Shown here: piece after piece, positions 24,901 through 39,900 of the stretch | Position numbering within the stretch: position 1 is the first letter of the stretch | Layout of the letters: each line of letters begins with the position of its first letter | Assembly: GCF_018977255.1 (NCBI RefSeq) | Contig: NW_024704743.1 | Span: 28,336,001-28,400,000 of the forward strand | Direction of reading: 5' to 3' | DNA length: 64,000 nt | DNA from: Callorhinchus milii | Taxonomy: Eukaryota | Notes under the pieces: generated by a model | Told to the model about the DNA's origin: nothing | Database searches by the model: none | The model's input: only the letters and a program-made list of their open reading frames with translations | Made by a program: the position numbers and the translations under genes

Positions 24901-27900
24901 GCCATGCCTCTGGATGACATTACTGAGCGAGAGCATGTAAATATTAAAGAGAGGACAAAAGACAGAGCCCTGAGGAACCCCACAACTGACGGTGTAGGGG
25001 CTGAAGGAGAAACCGTTAGCAGATATAAAGTGGAGATGATGGAGAAGGTAAGAGTGAAACCAGGCAAGGACAGAATCATTTAGGTGGAGCTGAGTGGAAA
25101 GGCAATGGAGAAGAATAGAGAGGTCGACAGAAATCCAAGTTAGGAATACAGACATTTCAATACAATATTAAAATTGATTTACTAATTTTATGTTCACAAC
25201 CACTGCAATTTTATGTCTACTAACCTTGTAATTAACAAACAACTGAGGCAGCATGAATAGAAACCCAAAGGCGTAGACACCTGGAAATAAGCACATTGGC
25301 ATTTCAGAGGGCATAAAATAAAATAAACATGGGAAATAGACATTGGGATCAATTTGACAATCTATTTGAATATTTTTTCAACAAATGGGACCTGAAACTG
25401 CACAACGTGGATCATCCCAAAGCTATTCTCAGGAGTGATGTTTGCAAAGCTCGGCTCACTAACCAGCAACTGGAGGCAGTTCAATGCCTCAATGCCAAAA
25501 GAACTGTTTTCTGAGGAACATTATTAATGGGGGAGGGAGCTGTATTTGACGCACCAAATATACATCAATCACTAAACTGACCTCACTAATGCATTAAAAA
25601 GTTAAGAGAATATATGAAAGACACTTACCATTAACTAAACTGTTAATTAACCAGGAGTACCAGCTGTGAAAAAAGTGAAATATTGTAAAGATCTAATTTT
25701 AATCTTTCACTTAAGATTCAAAACAATCAAATCAATTTGAATGAAGAACTATTTGAATAAAGCCTTACCTTTTGTATTTCACGTTTAGTAAAGAGTACAC
25801 TGCTCCACCAAAACACAGTGGATAAAGTACATACGACAAGTACTTCATGGCCTAAATGAAAAGGAATGATGCAATTGTGAGAATATCTTTGATACACCCA
25901 TTTGATAGATTTACATCAGTACAAATATAAACTGCAATCTGCTTTAAAAAAATACAAAAACTTCAATCTACATCTTGGATCGAGATGGTGAACTTTTTTT
26001 TTGCAAACTTGTTTCAGTTTCTCACCTAGAAATTATCTCCATTAATCTTCCTTGGACTAATCAACAGGAGACGACTCAGGGTTGAAGTATTTTAAATAAC
26101 CCAAGTACAATAATAATAATCCTTGCATTTGATATAGCGCTTTTCAAGTACGACCACTAGAACCCAAGTGACTACCTCATAGAAGATTCATTCCATTATC
26201 TTTTTAAATTTATATGCTATAAGAGCCAAAGAATACCTGAGTATCATACTCTTCAGTCTTCTTTTCAGATTCATCAAATGATCCAAACTGCAAAAGTAAT
26301 ATTTTAGGTAAGATATTTTATTGTACATCTAGAAACATACTTTTTTAACATAAATCATGTGTTTAAACACAAACAATACCCTGATCTATGCCCAGTTGCT
26401 GTGAAGAAGGAAGAGCGAAGCAAGACCTACCAAAATGTATACAACAACTTGCATTGATATAGCGCTTTTCATGTTGGGAATAAGCCTCAAGGCACTGAAC
26501 AGTTGAGGGCTTGCACCTGGGCCTAGGGTTGGGATCAAGAGGGTTGGGGGCCAAGCGATTTGGGGGTGGGAACACAACCGAAGGCAAGGTCAAAGACTAA
26601 GGTTTTGAGGTGGACCTTGAATGTGGCAGGGGGAAGGGGTGGGGGGGTGGGGAGGGAGGAGGGCAGGGGCGATGCAAAGGGACTGTGAGATGGTGCTCCA
26701 GAGGGTGGGGGCAGCTCAACCGCTGATGGTGAGGCGGGCAGGGCACATGAAGCAGGCCAGTGCCTGCCGAGCGGAGGGAGCAGGTGGGTTGGTTGGATGC
26801 AAGAAAGAAATCAAGTTCAACTGTGACATTGCAGTTTAATATGCTGCTTAGATTCAGTACCTGAACTTGCATAAGCAGGCAATTTGGTGAGATACTCAAG
26901 GGGAGCCAGTGGCTGGCATGAAACTATGCCGAGCAGAAATCACTGCATTGGGGGAGAAGATTTGAAAAGTCTATTCTTTATGCATGAAAAATGACATCTA
27001 GTTCATATTATATTATGACATCAGTCCAATTCCCTAGCGTACACCACACTCCAACAATCAGACTAAGAATGAAATTAGTAAGGATGAAGCTTCCTACATG
27101 TAATGTATTTACATTGTAATGTAATTTACATTACATGCTATTTACATGCAGTAAATGAAGTTTGAAGATGTACAGGAGTAGGGGAGTGGGATTGAACGCT
27201 TAGCTTGCTCTGAGAGATAGTGCAGGCACTTGACCAATGGCCTCCTCCTCCACTGTAAATTTCTATGACTACTTCGTAAAATTCAACAATTTGTCTTGTT
27301 TGCATTTTGTGGGGCTTAATTATAATGGCTGTCATTCCACTAATTTATATTGATATGCATGAAGTCTTTAGGAGTCTTTAGTGAACATACACATTCCACT
27401 TTAGTCTTCATATTTTACCTGGAATGTTGGTTTCAGGCCAACCCACTTGATTGTCATCTTAAAGGCCTTCTTAACTTTCCAGATCTGCAGTATAAATAAA
27501 AACACAACAGGTATATATAATAATCCTTGCATGTGATATAGCGCTTTTCACTTCTTCTAGACGTCTCAACGCGCTTCACAGAATATACTGTAAAGTGATT
27601 TGACTGTAAATGTGTGGGCAAAATGCGGCAACCAATTGCGCACAGCAGTGTCCCACAGTCAAATTGAGTGACCAAATTATTATTGCTTTTTTTTCTTGAG
27701 GGATTATTATCAGGTGGGTGGAGTAAGGATCCCAGATCTCTCGCTTGCGAGGCGAGCGCTCTAACCACTGAGCTGCAGGACTAGTTATATTCTTCATTCA
27801 TGTGAAATTAAAAATAGATACTGAAAAATATTGCTGAAAGAAAAAAAACTGAAATGCGAGCAAATTTTATGCAATTTAAAAACATCACTTAAAAAAAGGA

Positions 27901-30900
27901 CAGAATCAAAGGTATTTAGGATTATTATCTTACCTCAATGATAGCGCCAATTCCAGCTGGAATAAGTACTAATAAACTGGTTTGCTCATCCAGCAGGAAA
28001 AGAAATATCATGATAGTACTGAAGCACCGCCAAAGAACTGTCAGAAAAAGCAGAAAATTTATTTTTTACTAGTTACTTCTCCTCATCCCTTAAGCTTTAA
28101 TTTCTTCCCTTCCCATTTCGTACCACACACAGCTTATTAGTGAACAGTGTAGCCTGGTAATCTGCTGCTGCTTTTTTGACTTTTTTTGCTCCCCTCAAGA
28201 AATGATAGAATGATCCCATGGTCTAGATTAATACAAGAACTGGTTGTAAACAAGCAGCTGTTGCAATACACGTTAATCTCTGTAGGCAATTTATAAGGAA
28301 AAATGTTCGATTTTGCAGCAATGAAAGACACCAAATGAAAGGGGGTCAGAGTTGTTGAGATGAGGCCTGACAATTACCTGATGATAAGTGAACACCTAAC
28401 ATTATTGCTCCAGTAATGTGTTGACATTAGACATCCAGCCGTACATGCAAAGCAATTTGCAAGTGCTAAGTAAAGTAAAAGCCCCAGCATCAGTTTGGCT
28501 GAACACCACAAGCATACAAGTATGTGCCTTGTCCGTTATTAACACACACACACACTTTGGTTTATTTTCAAAATTATGTTCAACACTTACCTGCTTTAGT
28601 GGACATCCCAACCATGTTGTTCTTCCTTCTCCAAAAGCTAATATCATTTTTAAAGGCCAAGAAATCGAACAGGAGCTGCACAACAAGTGTTCTTTTTTTA
28701 AAAAAAACTATACAGCTTTTCATAAAAGGCAAAAACACATTGATTAATAAATGACTACATTTGGAATTTCCTACAAAAAGGATTTTCAAAATAAGATTAA
28801 TTCAGGTTTTTGTGTGCTGCTCCTAACTCAATTAGAAGCACTGGGTGTCCCGGACATTCTACTGAAATGTGTCAGAAAGAATATAATCAGAAATTTGTGA
28901 ATATCTGAAGTGTAAAGAAACAACCAGTTACATTTATATAGTGCCTTTCACAACATGGGACATCCTAAGGTGCTGGACAGTTAAGGATCTGTACCCAAAC
29001 TGGTGGATTGGATCAAGAGGTGTGGAGGGCAGGGTGGGTAGGGGTAGGAGGCACAGTTGAAAATGAGGATCTTGAGACGGGTCTTGCAGGAGGCAAGGGA
29101 GGGGGCAATGCAGAGGGACTGTGGCAGAGAGGCTGAAGGCCCGCCCGCCAATGGTGGGGCAGGCAAGCCGGGGGACGTGAAGCAGGCCGGAGCCCGCTGA
29201 GCAGAGGGAGCCGACAGGTTCGTAGAGGTGAGGAAGTCACAGAGGTAGGAAGGAGCAAAGCCGTGGAGGACACAGGTTTTGTGTCAGTGACTCCCAATCC
29301 AGTTGACTAAACTATCTGAGAATCCAAAGTACTGTACTTCCTCCGGACAGAAGTGGCAGTCATAGTCATGCTCTCCTCAGTTGGAGAATGATAAGTGTCT
29401 TATAGGTGAGCAGAGAGGGTTAAAATAATGGCAAGTGTACCCTGCATGTGTAAAGATCTAATACAAAACAAATGGCGATATTAAAAAAAGCTTTCAAATT
29501 ACATGAACATTAAATATTTATTCTGCATTCTGGAACCTTCTTGTAAGTCTTCTGAATGAGATTATAAGAACATAAGAATTAGGAGCAGGAGTAGGCCATT
29601 TGGCCCCTCGAGCCTGCCCCGCCATTCGATAGATCATGGCTGATCTTCTGACCCAAATCTAATTACCTGCCCTATCCCCATATACCCTAATGCCTCTGTT
29701 TTTTAAAAATCTATCAGTCTCAGCCTTGAAGATGTTCAAGGACTGAGCATCTACAGCCTTCTGGGGTAGTGAATTCCACTCTGAGTGAAGAAATGTTTCC
29801 TCAACTCTGTTCTAAAAGGCTGACCCTTAATTTTAAGACTGTGACCCCTGGTTATAGATTCTCCTACCAGGGGAAACAGACCCTCTGTGGCTACTTTATC
29901 AGCCCTTTAAGAATCTTATATGTTTCAATAAGATCTCCCCTAATTCTTCTGTACTCTAGAGAATATAGCCCTAGTTTATTCAGCCTATCCTCATAGGTCA
30001 GTCCCCTCATCCCAGGAACTAACCGAGTGAATCTACGCTGCACCCCCTCTAGGGCAAGTATGTCCTTTTTTAAATGAGACCAAAACTGCACACAATACTC
30101 CAGGTGCGGTCTCACCAAGGCCCTATACAGTTGCAGCAAGACTTCCCTACTCTTGTACTCTAAACCTTTTGCAATGAATGCTAACATGCCGTTCGCCTTC
30201 TTAGTTGCTTACTGCACCTGCAAACTAACTTTTTGAGACTGGTGTACAAGGACACCCAAATCCCTCTGAACACTAACGAGTCTCTCCCCCTCTAGAAAAT
30301 AATCTGCTTTTCTATTTTTTCTACCCAGGTGAATAACTTCACACTTCCCCACATTAAATTCCATCTGCCACCCACTCGCCCACTCCCCTAGCCTATCTGT
30401 ATCAAGTTGCAATCTTTTTGCATCATCCTCAGAGCTTACTCTCCCACCTAGTTTAGTGTCATCCGCGAATTTAGATACGTTACATTCAATGTCCTCGTCT
30501 AGATCATTGATATAAATTGTAAAAAGCTGAGGCCCAAGCACTGATCCTTGTGGCACTCCACTAGTCACATCCTGCCAATTCGATAATAACCCGTTTATCC
30601 CTACTCTCTGTTTTCTACCCATTCGTCACTCTTCAATCCATGCTAATGTGCTTCCATTTATCCCGTGGCCCTGCTTCATTGCACAAAACAAGGTCTAATA
30701 TGGCCTGTTCCCTGGTTGGCTCCTCGGCATACTGATCTAGATAATTGATAATTATCCCTAATACATTGTATAAACTCTTCCTCTATCATACTTTTCCCAA
30801 TTTGGTTGTCCCAATCTGTGTGCAGATTAAAATCACCCACAATTAATGCTTTTCCTTTACTACATGCTCTGCTAATTTCCTGATTTATACTTTGAGAGAT

Positions 30901-33900
30901 ACTGTGATTGCTGTTCGGGGGTCTATAAACTACTCCCATTAGAGTTTTCTGCCCCTTGTTGTTGCGTACCTCTACCCATACTGACTCTACTTCCTGCTTT
31001 TCTGATTTAAAATCTTTTCTCTCTACTGTTTTTATCCCATCCTTTATTAGCAGGGCCACACCCCCTCCTCGTTTACCACATTGCCTATCTTTCCTATACA
31101 CCACGTACCCTGGAATATTTAGTTCCCACCCTTGATCTCCCTGTCTCGGTGATGACGACCAGATCATACCCGTTTGTTTCTATTTATGCAATTATTATAC
31201 AGGGATTATTATACAGGGATGGAGAAAATTTCCTCTACATCGCAGCTGTCATCACCTCTATTTTTAAAGGAAGAATGAAAATGTCCATCCCTTGTCACAT
31301 TATCAAAAATAAATATGTAGAAGGTGCTTTCTGAGAATTAACTTTCTCTTCTAGTTGCAACTTACATGGAACGCTGCCACAAAAAATGTCAAAGCCAAAA
31401 AGTAGAGGTTGGTATCCACAAAGATTCCTTTTACTTCATCAACATCTTTTTCAGTGAAACCTAAAGTGTGAACAGACAGACACCAAAATATCAATTCAAT
31501 GCTAAACCAAAATTCTAGGATAAAGCAAAGCTTATTTGTAAAATAATAGTTGAGTAATCACTGTTGATACTGATTTTCTGTGGTGGAAGTACAATGGTAG
31601 AAGTGCTTCTAACAGGCAAGCACTTTGTGTAATTTCTGATGCTAAATTACACCATCCTCCACCATTCACAAAAGCCGATCACAGCATAAATTCAACTTTG
31701 TTTCAAATTTTCTGTGCTAAGTGCTTTGAAACGCTTTAATGGGATAAGGCATACAATCAATTATTATTAATCTGAGCAAGCGGAATCTTGACACTTGATG
31801 CCCAAAGTGGACAAATCTAACATTCCCAGCACTAACGTATTCAAAAATAATGAAAAATAAAATTCTATCCTAAAAAAAAGCTAAGAAATTAAAAAAATGT
31901 AAGCACCTTACCTAAATTACATTATATTCTAAACACTTTACACTTCAGAGATGAAGCTTGCTCTGTTTAATCAACTATGAGACACAAATGTGAAGAACTA
32001 ATCCTGATCAGTTGCTGTCCTGCAAAAACCAAGACAAACTCTTACTGTAACACGGAAAGCTTATTTTCGAGGACAGAACATACCAAATCGCTGTAATGAA
32101 AATACTGCTTCTTGCATGTGGGTCCAAAACCGTAATTTTCCTAGCGATATTGCTTCATAGCAGATAGTCAAAGGTAATGTAATCGATGTAGCATTTATGA
32201 TCTGTAAACGAATATTTAGCAGCATTAAGGAAAAAGAAACATGCTATTGTTCAGATAACCACTTGAAAGAGAATTTTACACTGAAATGTCACATTCTTAC
32301 TTCAAATCTAAGATTTGCTGTTTCTGACTGGTGGCACAAGACCAGCATCATTTCACAAAATATCACTGGTACATACTAGTTTTCAGCAATTTAAACATCC
32401 AACTCATTCAAATTATTTACTTCAATATGCATCTGGGAAAAAGTGATCCAACCCTCTGCGTCACAGATTAATACTGAATCACTATATCATTTTGATGCTC
32501 AGGCCTACACCATTTTGAGATGCCCCACTGCATTCATACAGTGAGTGAAACAGCAGACACCATGCCAATACGGATTAAGAGTACCAGTGTTTCATGCCAA
32601 AAGCTGAGCTTGCATTGGTAATTTCCCAGGCAGTGAACCATGTAGAGGCTGCAAGTTTCTTCTCAGATTGTCACTCAAAGAGACCAGAAGATGAGATGAG
32701 CCCCGATGGTCTAGTAGGCTTATAACTACAGAGACCGAAGAATCCCTTCTCTGAGCTAGCAGATCTCAGTAATCGGCATCCAACGCTTGGTTTCAATTTA
32801 CAAAATTACCTTTGCATAGCGCCTTTCACATCGGGAGAACGTCCCAAGGTGCTGAACAGTCAGGGATTTGGACTTGAGTAGTGGGAATGGGGAGGGATGG
32901 AGCAGGGAGGCTGGAGGGCAGGGAGGGTGGCCGAAGGCTGCGGTTGAAGAGGAGAGTTTTGAGGCGTGCGTTGAAGGAGCAAGGGAAGGAGCGAGTGAGG
33001 AAAAGGGACTGTGGGATGGCGTTCCAAAGGGTGGGGGCAAAGAGGCTGAAGGCCCGAATGCTGATGATGAGGCGAGCGGGACGGGGGACATGGCGCAGGC
33101 CAGAGCTGAGTGGAGGGAGCGGACAGGTTGATATGGGGTTAGCAGGTCAGAGGTTGGAAGGAGCAAGGCCATGGAGGGACTTGAAGGCAAGGATTTTGAG
33201 CTCTATCCTCTGGGGAATGGGGAGCCAGTGGAGCCGGCGAGGGTAGGGGTGTCAGGATCACAAAGCTTTCTTTGGTGAAAATAACAACAACAAAATTACA
33301 TTCGTATAGCGCCTTTCACGTCAGGAGGGCATTCCAAGGTGCTGGAAATTAAAAGGTCGGAGTGTAGAATGAAAAAGCCAACAGTTAAAACAAAATGCAG
33401 GTCTTCAGAATAAAAAAATTGAAAAATAAACTTACAAGCAGGTCTCTCACTCGATTGCTGAGCTCATCAAGAAACAGTATTGGAAGATACTGAACTTGCT
33501 TTCCGTGTTGCAACCTAAATTACCAAATAATAATCAAATAATTTACAACAAGATCTGGTTCAATGCTTTTTATAAAGCACAAAATGACATTTTCTTTCTA
33601 AAGCAGGTTCTCAAGTCTGTGTATCGAGGATACCAATTAACTGATGATTTGGTTAAAACATATTTTAATTGAACAAAATGTTTGAGTCTTAACAGTTTTA
33701 CTAGTGTATTATCTAACCATTCATTTTTCTAGCAAGAATCTTGCCATAATCACATGGCAAAGTAATGAAGTCTGTAAATTTTAAAGTATACTCAGCATTG
33801 TGTTTATATTTATTAAATTCTCAAATAGGTGTCTCGCTTAAAAAATAACCTAACTACCTAACCTCACATGTACAACTATGCTTCACTCTCATCAAATAAA

Positions 33901-36900
33901 TTTATGAACTAAATTGGAGAAAGCAAACACTATACAATATTCACTTTACAGTATATTCTGTGAAACACTTTTAGACATCTCGAAGATGTGATAAAGTGCT
34001 ACATCGATTGCAAATTATTAGTATATTAAAAAATGTAATTTATTATTTAAAAGGCTTATACTTAATCATATGTGGCACAGATTCTTACAATTCTGGAAGC
34101 TTCCCACAATGGTTCAACAAGCTTATCTGGTACAGAGACTTACATAAGCACAGAGGAATGTACCCCATGAAGGTCCAATATTCAGGTCCAATATTCAGGT
34201 ATTACTTTAGTTTGGGGGAGGGGAGATTTTTTTTAAAAAAATAGCCAGAATTTCCACTCCTAATAACTATCTATTGGAAGATGCACGTTTGGACTTTAGG
34301 TATGGACCGTAATTCAGATGTGCTGCCCCTACCCTTGAATGTCCTGCTGAAACTCACAGTCAAGGCTCACATACGAATGAATAATGGCCACTTACTCCAA
34401 GTACAAAATGGAGTGTGGCGCTTTCCCCAAGAGAAGGAAAAGTAGAGATATTGACGAGAAAAGGAAATTTATCAAATTTCTAATTGAAGAGGCTGTAATT
34501 TTGATGCTCAGCATCATCATATTTCCACAAATATGTAATTTAAAAAAGCAAAATTTACTTGCTCGCCTTTTCAGACTTTTGACAGGTTTCAGGATTCATT
34601 ATCAGCAGATTTGCAAACCTCGCCAACCAGTTTTCAGTATTTTGTAAATATTTTGCAATTCCAACAAAATCAGGTTTACAAGTCCTACAAATTGGATTCC
34701 AATTATTATAAACTTACAATCTCAGATATCTGTGTACATCAGCTGGAAGAGCAGATCCATCAAAAGTGAAGTTGTCTGTCATAATATTGATGGTGAGCCG
34801 GGATCTCCAGTGAGCAGCAGGCTGGTCAAACACTTTAGTTTCAGCATTAGTCACCACTGGCTAGTTAGCGAAGAAACAAAGTTTAAGACTGATTCAGAAA
34901 AGGAAAATTGTGTATCTTGCAGATAAGCTAAAGAGCAGCCAAACATGAAAACAACAACAATTTGCATTTATATAGTGCCCTTCACGTGGGGTAGCATCTT
35001 CGAAGGCAAGGGCATAAAAAAGAAGAAAGCTATTTGATAGTAGTTAGTAAACGTAGAGCAAACCAATCCTGCCAAGAAAGTCCTACAATTTTGTTCAGAT
35101 GCATTTCCTCTTAAATGTACCAATGGCAGTATTTTACCAAATTAACAGTCAGGTCAAATAAATCCATCGCTATCTGGTCAGTCCTTTCTTTGTGAATCAA
35201 TTGCTGTGACATGCGCGTATTCTAATTTGTCTGCTGCAGACTGCGCAATAAGATAATGAGATTTGCAAATTCTAAGGTGAACTTCATGCTTTACAACTGA
35301 GCAAACACGGGCAGGCTGTCCCCACAACAGATCATCAGGACACAGCGGTCTGGCTATCAAGACGGACAGCAGTGCTTATGCCTGATCTGCTTTGCAATAT
35401 TCTGCACCAAAGTAAGATTCTGGCAGTCACTCACAATCCTTTTCATTAGGCACTAGACATCTAGTCAGAAAAAGTGCAGAGAAATAGAATCATGCAGATT
35501 TACATAAGAAGCCTATAGTTGCTCAATTTGGGCTTACGTATAGGCTTTTTTAAAAAATATATATTTACAAATTTACAAATAGTAAATAAGTAAATAAGTG
35601 CATTCACAAACACTTTTCCTTAAGTTACTTCTAAAATATGGCATACAATCATCACATTAATGACAGGTTTGTATCCAACATTCATTTTTGAAAGTTCTCC
35701 ATCTCAGCTGGGCTTCTCTAGAGTAAAGAAACTGCAGTTCTTCAAAAAGAGGAGGAGGAGGAAAAGGCAAGTGAGTTACATGTATGCGCAGCAGCCAACA
35801 ATAGAGAAAGTAATCTCCCAGTCATAAGTAATATATTATCAGACTTTGGCTACTAAAAGACCTGATGTTTTTACGACAATATAACAAGAGGCTTTTAATA
35901 TTATATGGTTAACTTTGCATTACAGAACATTATAATTTTGTTCCCTCTTATTTAAAACATTATGTACCTGACCATCGGTCTCTCCTGTGATTAGGTTGAT
36001 TTCCTCAGGTTTCGGGACCATGTATGCTGTAAGGTGACCAACTGCATACACATGTTTGCTGTCATGCCAAGGTATCACACCAACATGATGGAGAAACAGG
36101 TGAGCGTACAGTGTTCCATTGCTGCGTGTTTTCTTTGGTAACGAAATATTGACAATCCTTGTTTAAAAAAAGATGAACAAGAGCATGTTGGATAAAACTA
36201 TTCAGAGGAATAAACAGTTGGAAAATACTGAAGAATGGCACAATGAGAATATGTCAACACCTTCTTACTGTTCAAAACTGAATTACGGTAAAAGTAAGAC
36301 AATGAATCAGTAACAAGGATGTGAAAAGAAATGAATACCTCAATGACAAGCCCCAAATCCTTTTGTTACTAATCCTCTGCTTTCCACTTTAACACTTTCT
36401 CAGTATATTTCTTTTTCCTTAAAGACATTTCAGCTCTATCTATTTGGGCTTCCCCTATTAAGAATTGGAGCTAAATGATGCAAACAACAGTCTGATTGTA
36501 GTGCTCACCTAAAACCTGTCCATTCCAACATCAAAGCAGAGAATTTGCCCTTAATTCACAGCACAATTAGAAATTTCTCAACCCGAATAAGTGATAGTCA
36601 AACACCATAACCAAGGAAGCAAGAAAATTATTATTATAACTACCAGCCAAGAAATCATTGATTGCTTCAGAGGAAAAGATTCAAACACCTCATTCATTTT
36701 TGCATTTGATGAACACAGGTGACACAGTAAATGCTTAGTCTATTTACAGTAAACGTATTAGAAAGTTGGCCAAGTTACAGTATCTGCCCTACAGCCTCGA
36801 AGTTGATTGTGGTGCTCTGACGTACTATCCTGCAATTTTGGGGTCAGCCAGGTGTCTGACACACATGGGAACACGTCACCTGGGTCAATAGAAAATTGGA

Positions 36901-39900
36901 GAAGTGTTTGCCCAAAATTGCAGGCCATTTGTCAAATTTTGCAGAAAATTGCAGAGGGCTAATTGGTTCTATTGAGAGACACATTTTGTGAAACAACCCG
37001 GATTAAAACCACAAGCATATATTTCCTGAAAATGCAGTTATGTTTAAAATACTGAAAATGTTAATTTGAATAGTGCAGCACCTACCAAGAATTTATAATA
37101 ATAATCCTTGCATTTGATATAGTGCTTTTCATGTCTTATCGACGTCTCAAAGCGCTTCACAGATTAGACTGTAAAGTGAATTGACTGTATGTTTGTGGGC
37201 GAACGCGGCAGCCAATTGTGCACAGCAATGTCCCACAAACAGTCGTGGATTGAAATGACCAACTTATTATTGTTTTTGTTTTTTGGAGGGATTATTATTA
37301 GGCTCTGTGTGGAGTAAGAAAACTTGTCCAAGGTTTCGCCCTCTGCCTGGAATTTGTCGCAGGAGATCAATTTAGGCCGGGCGTCAAATAAATAACAATA
37401 ATCCTTGCATTTGATGTAGCGCCTTATCACATCTTTGAGACGTCGCCAAACACTTCACAGAATATACTGTAACGTGAAACGACTGTATATTTTCTGGGCA
37501 TAACACTCCAGCCAACTGCCAACGTGTGTACAGGTTTGTAGCGGGGCCCAGCACACCGTGTGTACAGGGGCCCAGCACACCGTGTGTACAGGTTTGTAGC
37601 GGGGCCCAGCACACCGTGTGTACAGGGGCCCAGCACACCGTGTGTACAGGTTTGTAGCGGGGCCCAGCACACCGTGTGTACAGGTTTGTAGCGGGGCCCA
37701 GCACACCGTGTGTACAGGTTTGTAGCGGGGCCCAGCACACCGTGTGTACAGGTTTGTAGCGGGGCCCAGCACACCATGTGTACGGGTTTGTAGCGGAGGG
37801 GGGCGTTTGCAGATGATTCCGTGGTACAAGTGCGGCCACACTTTTCTATTGGCCCAGCCCATCACCATGCTTAAGAGTATCCAAACCAAGCTGAGATTTC
37901 CACGCATCCTACGTAGACATGGGAATTCCAGCGATAGATTGTTGGAATAGAACGCACACTCTTTCCACGGAGGGATGCATCCTGCTTTCCTAATTACAGA
38001 AAGATATATAATATAAATGTTAGCAACATGCTGTGAAGCGCCATTCCTCAGCTCATTTGCACATATCTAATATCAATCCTTGTTTGTTTTTTTTTTTTTG
38101 AACTGTTCAATGGCGGGCAGGTGCACCAGAATAAATGTTAAGCTTACCACAAATAGTTCAAGCACATGCTCAAATAGTTCATGCCTCAACATACGTTTTA
38201 ATGAGTTAACACTAATGCCCATTTAATATTTTTCACAATTCACTCCGGTCACTGAGGGCAGGGATTCTTATCACTTGGCTCTTGTTAACCCGACAAGCCA
38301 AAATGCCCCTTGCTGGACAAGTAGTGGGAAACTTACCAGACGGGGCTCTCAATAGCACGCTGTGGGGTTAATAACAACTTGCATTTATATACTATCTTTC
38401 ACGTCGCGAGGACATGTTTAAGTTAAACTCAAGCAGTACCTCAACGCACATTCTCGGGTACCTGAACCTTGGTCCTTGCCTTATACTCCACGGAAATAGG
38501 CAGGGTGCATCCCTCCAGGGAAAGAGTACGCAGTCCATTCCAGACACAGGAAAATTTCCAAGTGTACACATTGCATATGTGAAACTCTGTTTGGCTTGGA
38601 TTCTCTTACGCATTGGTAATGGGTTTCTGCATGTACCAGACACCCAGCTAACCAAATTTTAAAAAAAGGATCCTGGAGTGCCACCAATAAACACAAATCC
38701 AGCAACTCTATCTGGTTTACGATCTTGTATACAATATTTTCCTTCTCCTTCCAAGTACCAGAGTGAAGCTTAGGGTCGTTTTCGCAGAAATATGGGTAAT
38801 ACCACTTGGTGACACAATACCTCGAAGCTGTACGTGAACACTGACATTTAATGTATTAAGAAAGTTAAAACTACCATTAACTAATTGCCCTATTCCTGTC
38901 TGCTCCAAGTCTTGTCCTTCAATCTGCCATCTATCAGAGGCAAAGCCACTCCATCTTCCCATCTAACCCAAATTGTTCCTCATTCTCTCCCAATAAAAGA
39001 TTCAAGAAACATTTGACGCTGTAATTATTCCAGGTGTCCTCATTCCGTGCAAAACGTTTAAGCCACAGACAAATAGGAAAACTTCAAACTATGCCCCTCA
39101 AGCGATTTATGGGTATCCATACATGTATAATACAAAATATTTAATTACCTCTCAAATTTAGAGTTCACATCAAAATGGTCTATGTTCAATATGAGGTTTA
39201 GATTGGCTCCATCGGTAACACTGTTTTTTGTTGAAGTATAGATGCTCAGCTGCAACAACACACATATACACATTGTAAGCATATTTTAAAGAATCCGTGC
39301 ACCAGTTATTAGTTTTACAGATTAATTGCTGGGAATGCGTTCCTGAATAAATCCTCAGGTTAAGATTAACATGGTTCACACAAGCTACAGGGGTACAACA
39401 GACAATAAAACAACATTTGGACCATTATCAACCCAATGAGAACGACAAAACCGAGTGGCTGAAAGCTCAAGAGCAAGTTTAAGATGCAAGTTTCAAGTGA
39501 TCTGATCGTTGATGCCAATGAGCTGACAGTCGATTCTGTTAAGACAATTTATCTCATTGTAATATGTGTTCACCCTTTCAATAATAGACATGACATTCAG
39601 ATGGCAACAGAATGGCTAAATCCTTACCCCATACAATAGAGACAAGAAAACACAATTAACGAATTCAGCCCCCAAACAAACACAAAACATGTAGCTTTTC
39701 TGTGATGGCATGTCATTTTCTCCAACGAGATGCAGACTCAGGTGTAAGGCACAGCCTGAGACATGGGCCACGAGAGTCTATGGCGTCCAGAAGACTAACC
39801 TGCATCCTGGGGTTTTCAACCAGATAGGGCTTGATGCAGCTCTTGGTCTTGCGGCTTGCACAGGACTTAGTGTAAATGATCCCGTACATTACCCAGCACG

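Noticed and set aside
37523..37795. Regular ~34-bp repeats superficially like a CRISPR array
   Set aside because: No unique spacers, no cas genes, vertebrate intron.
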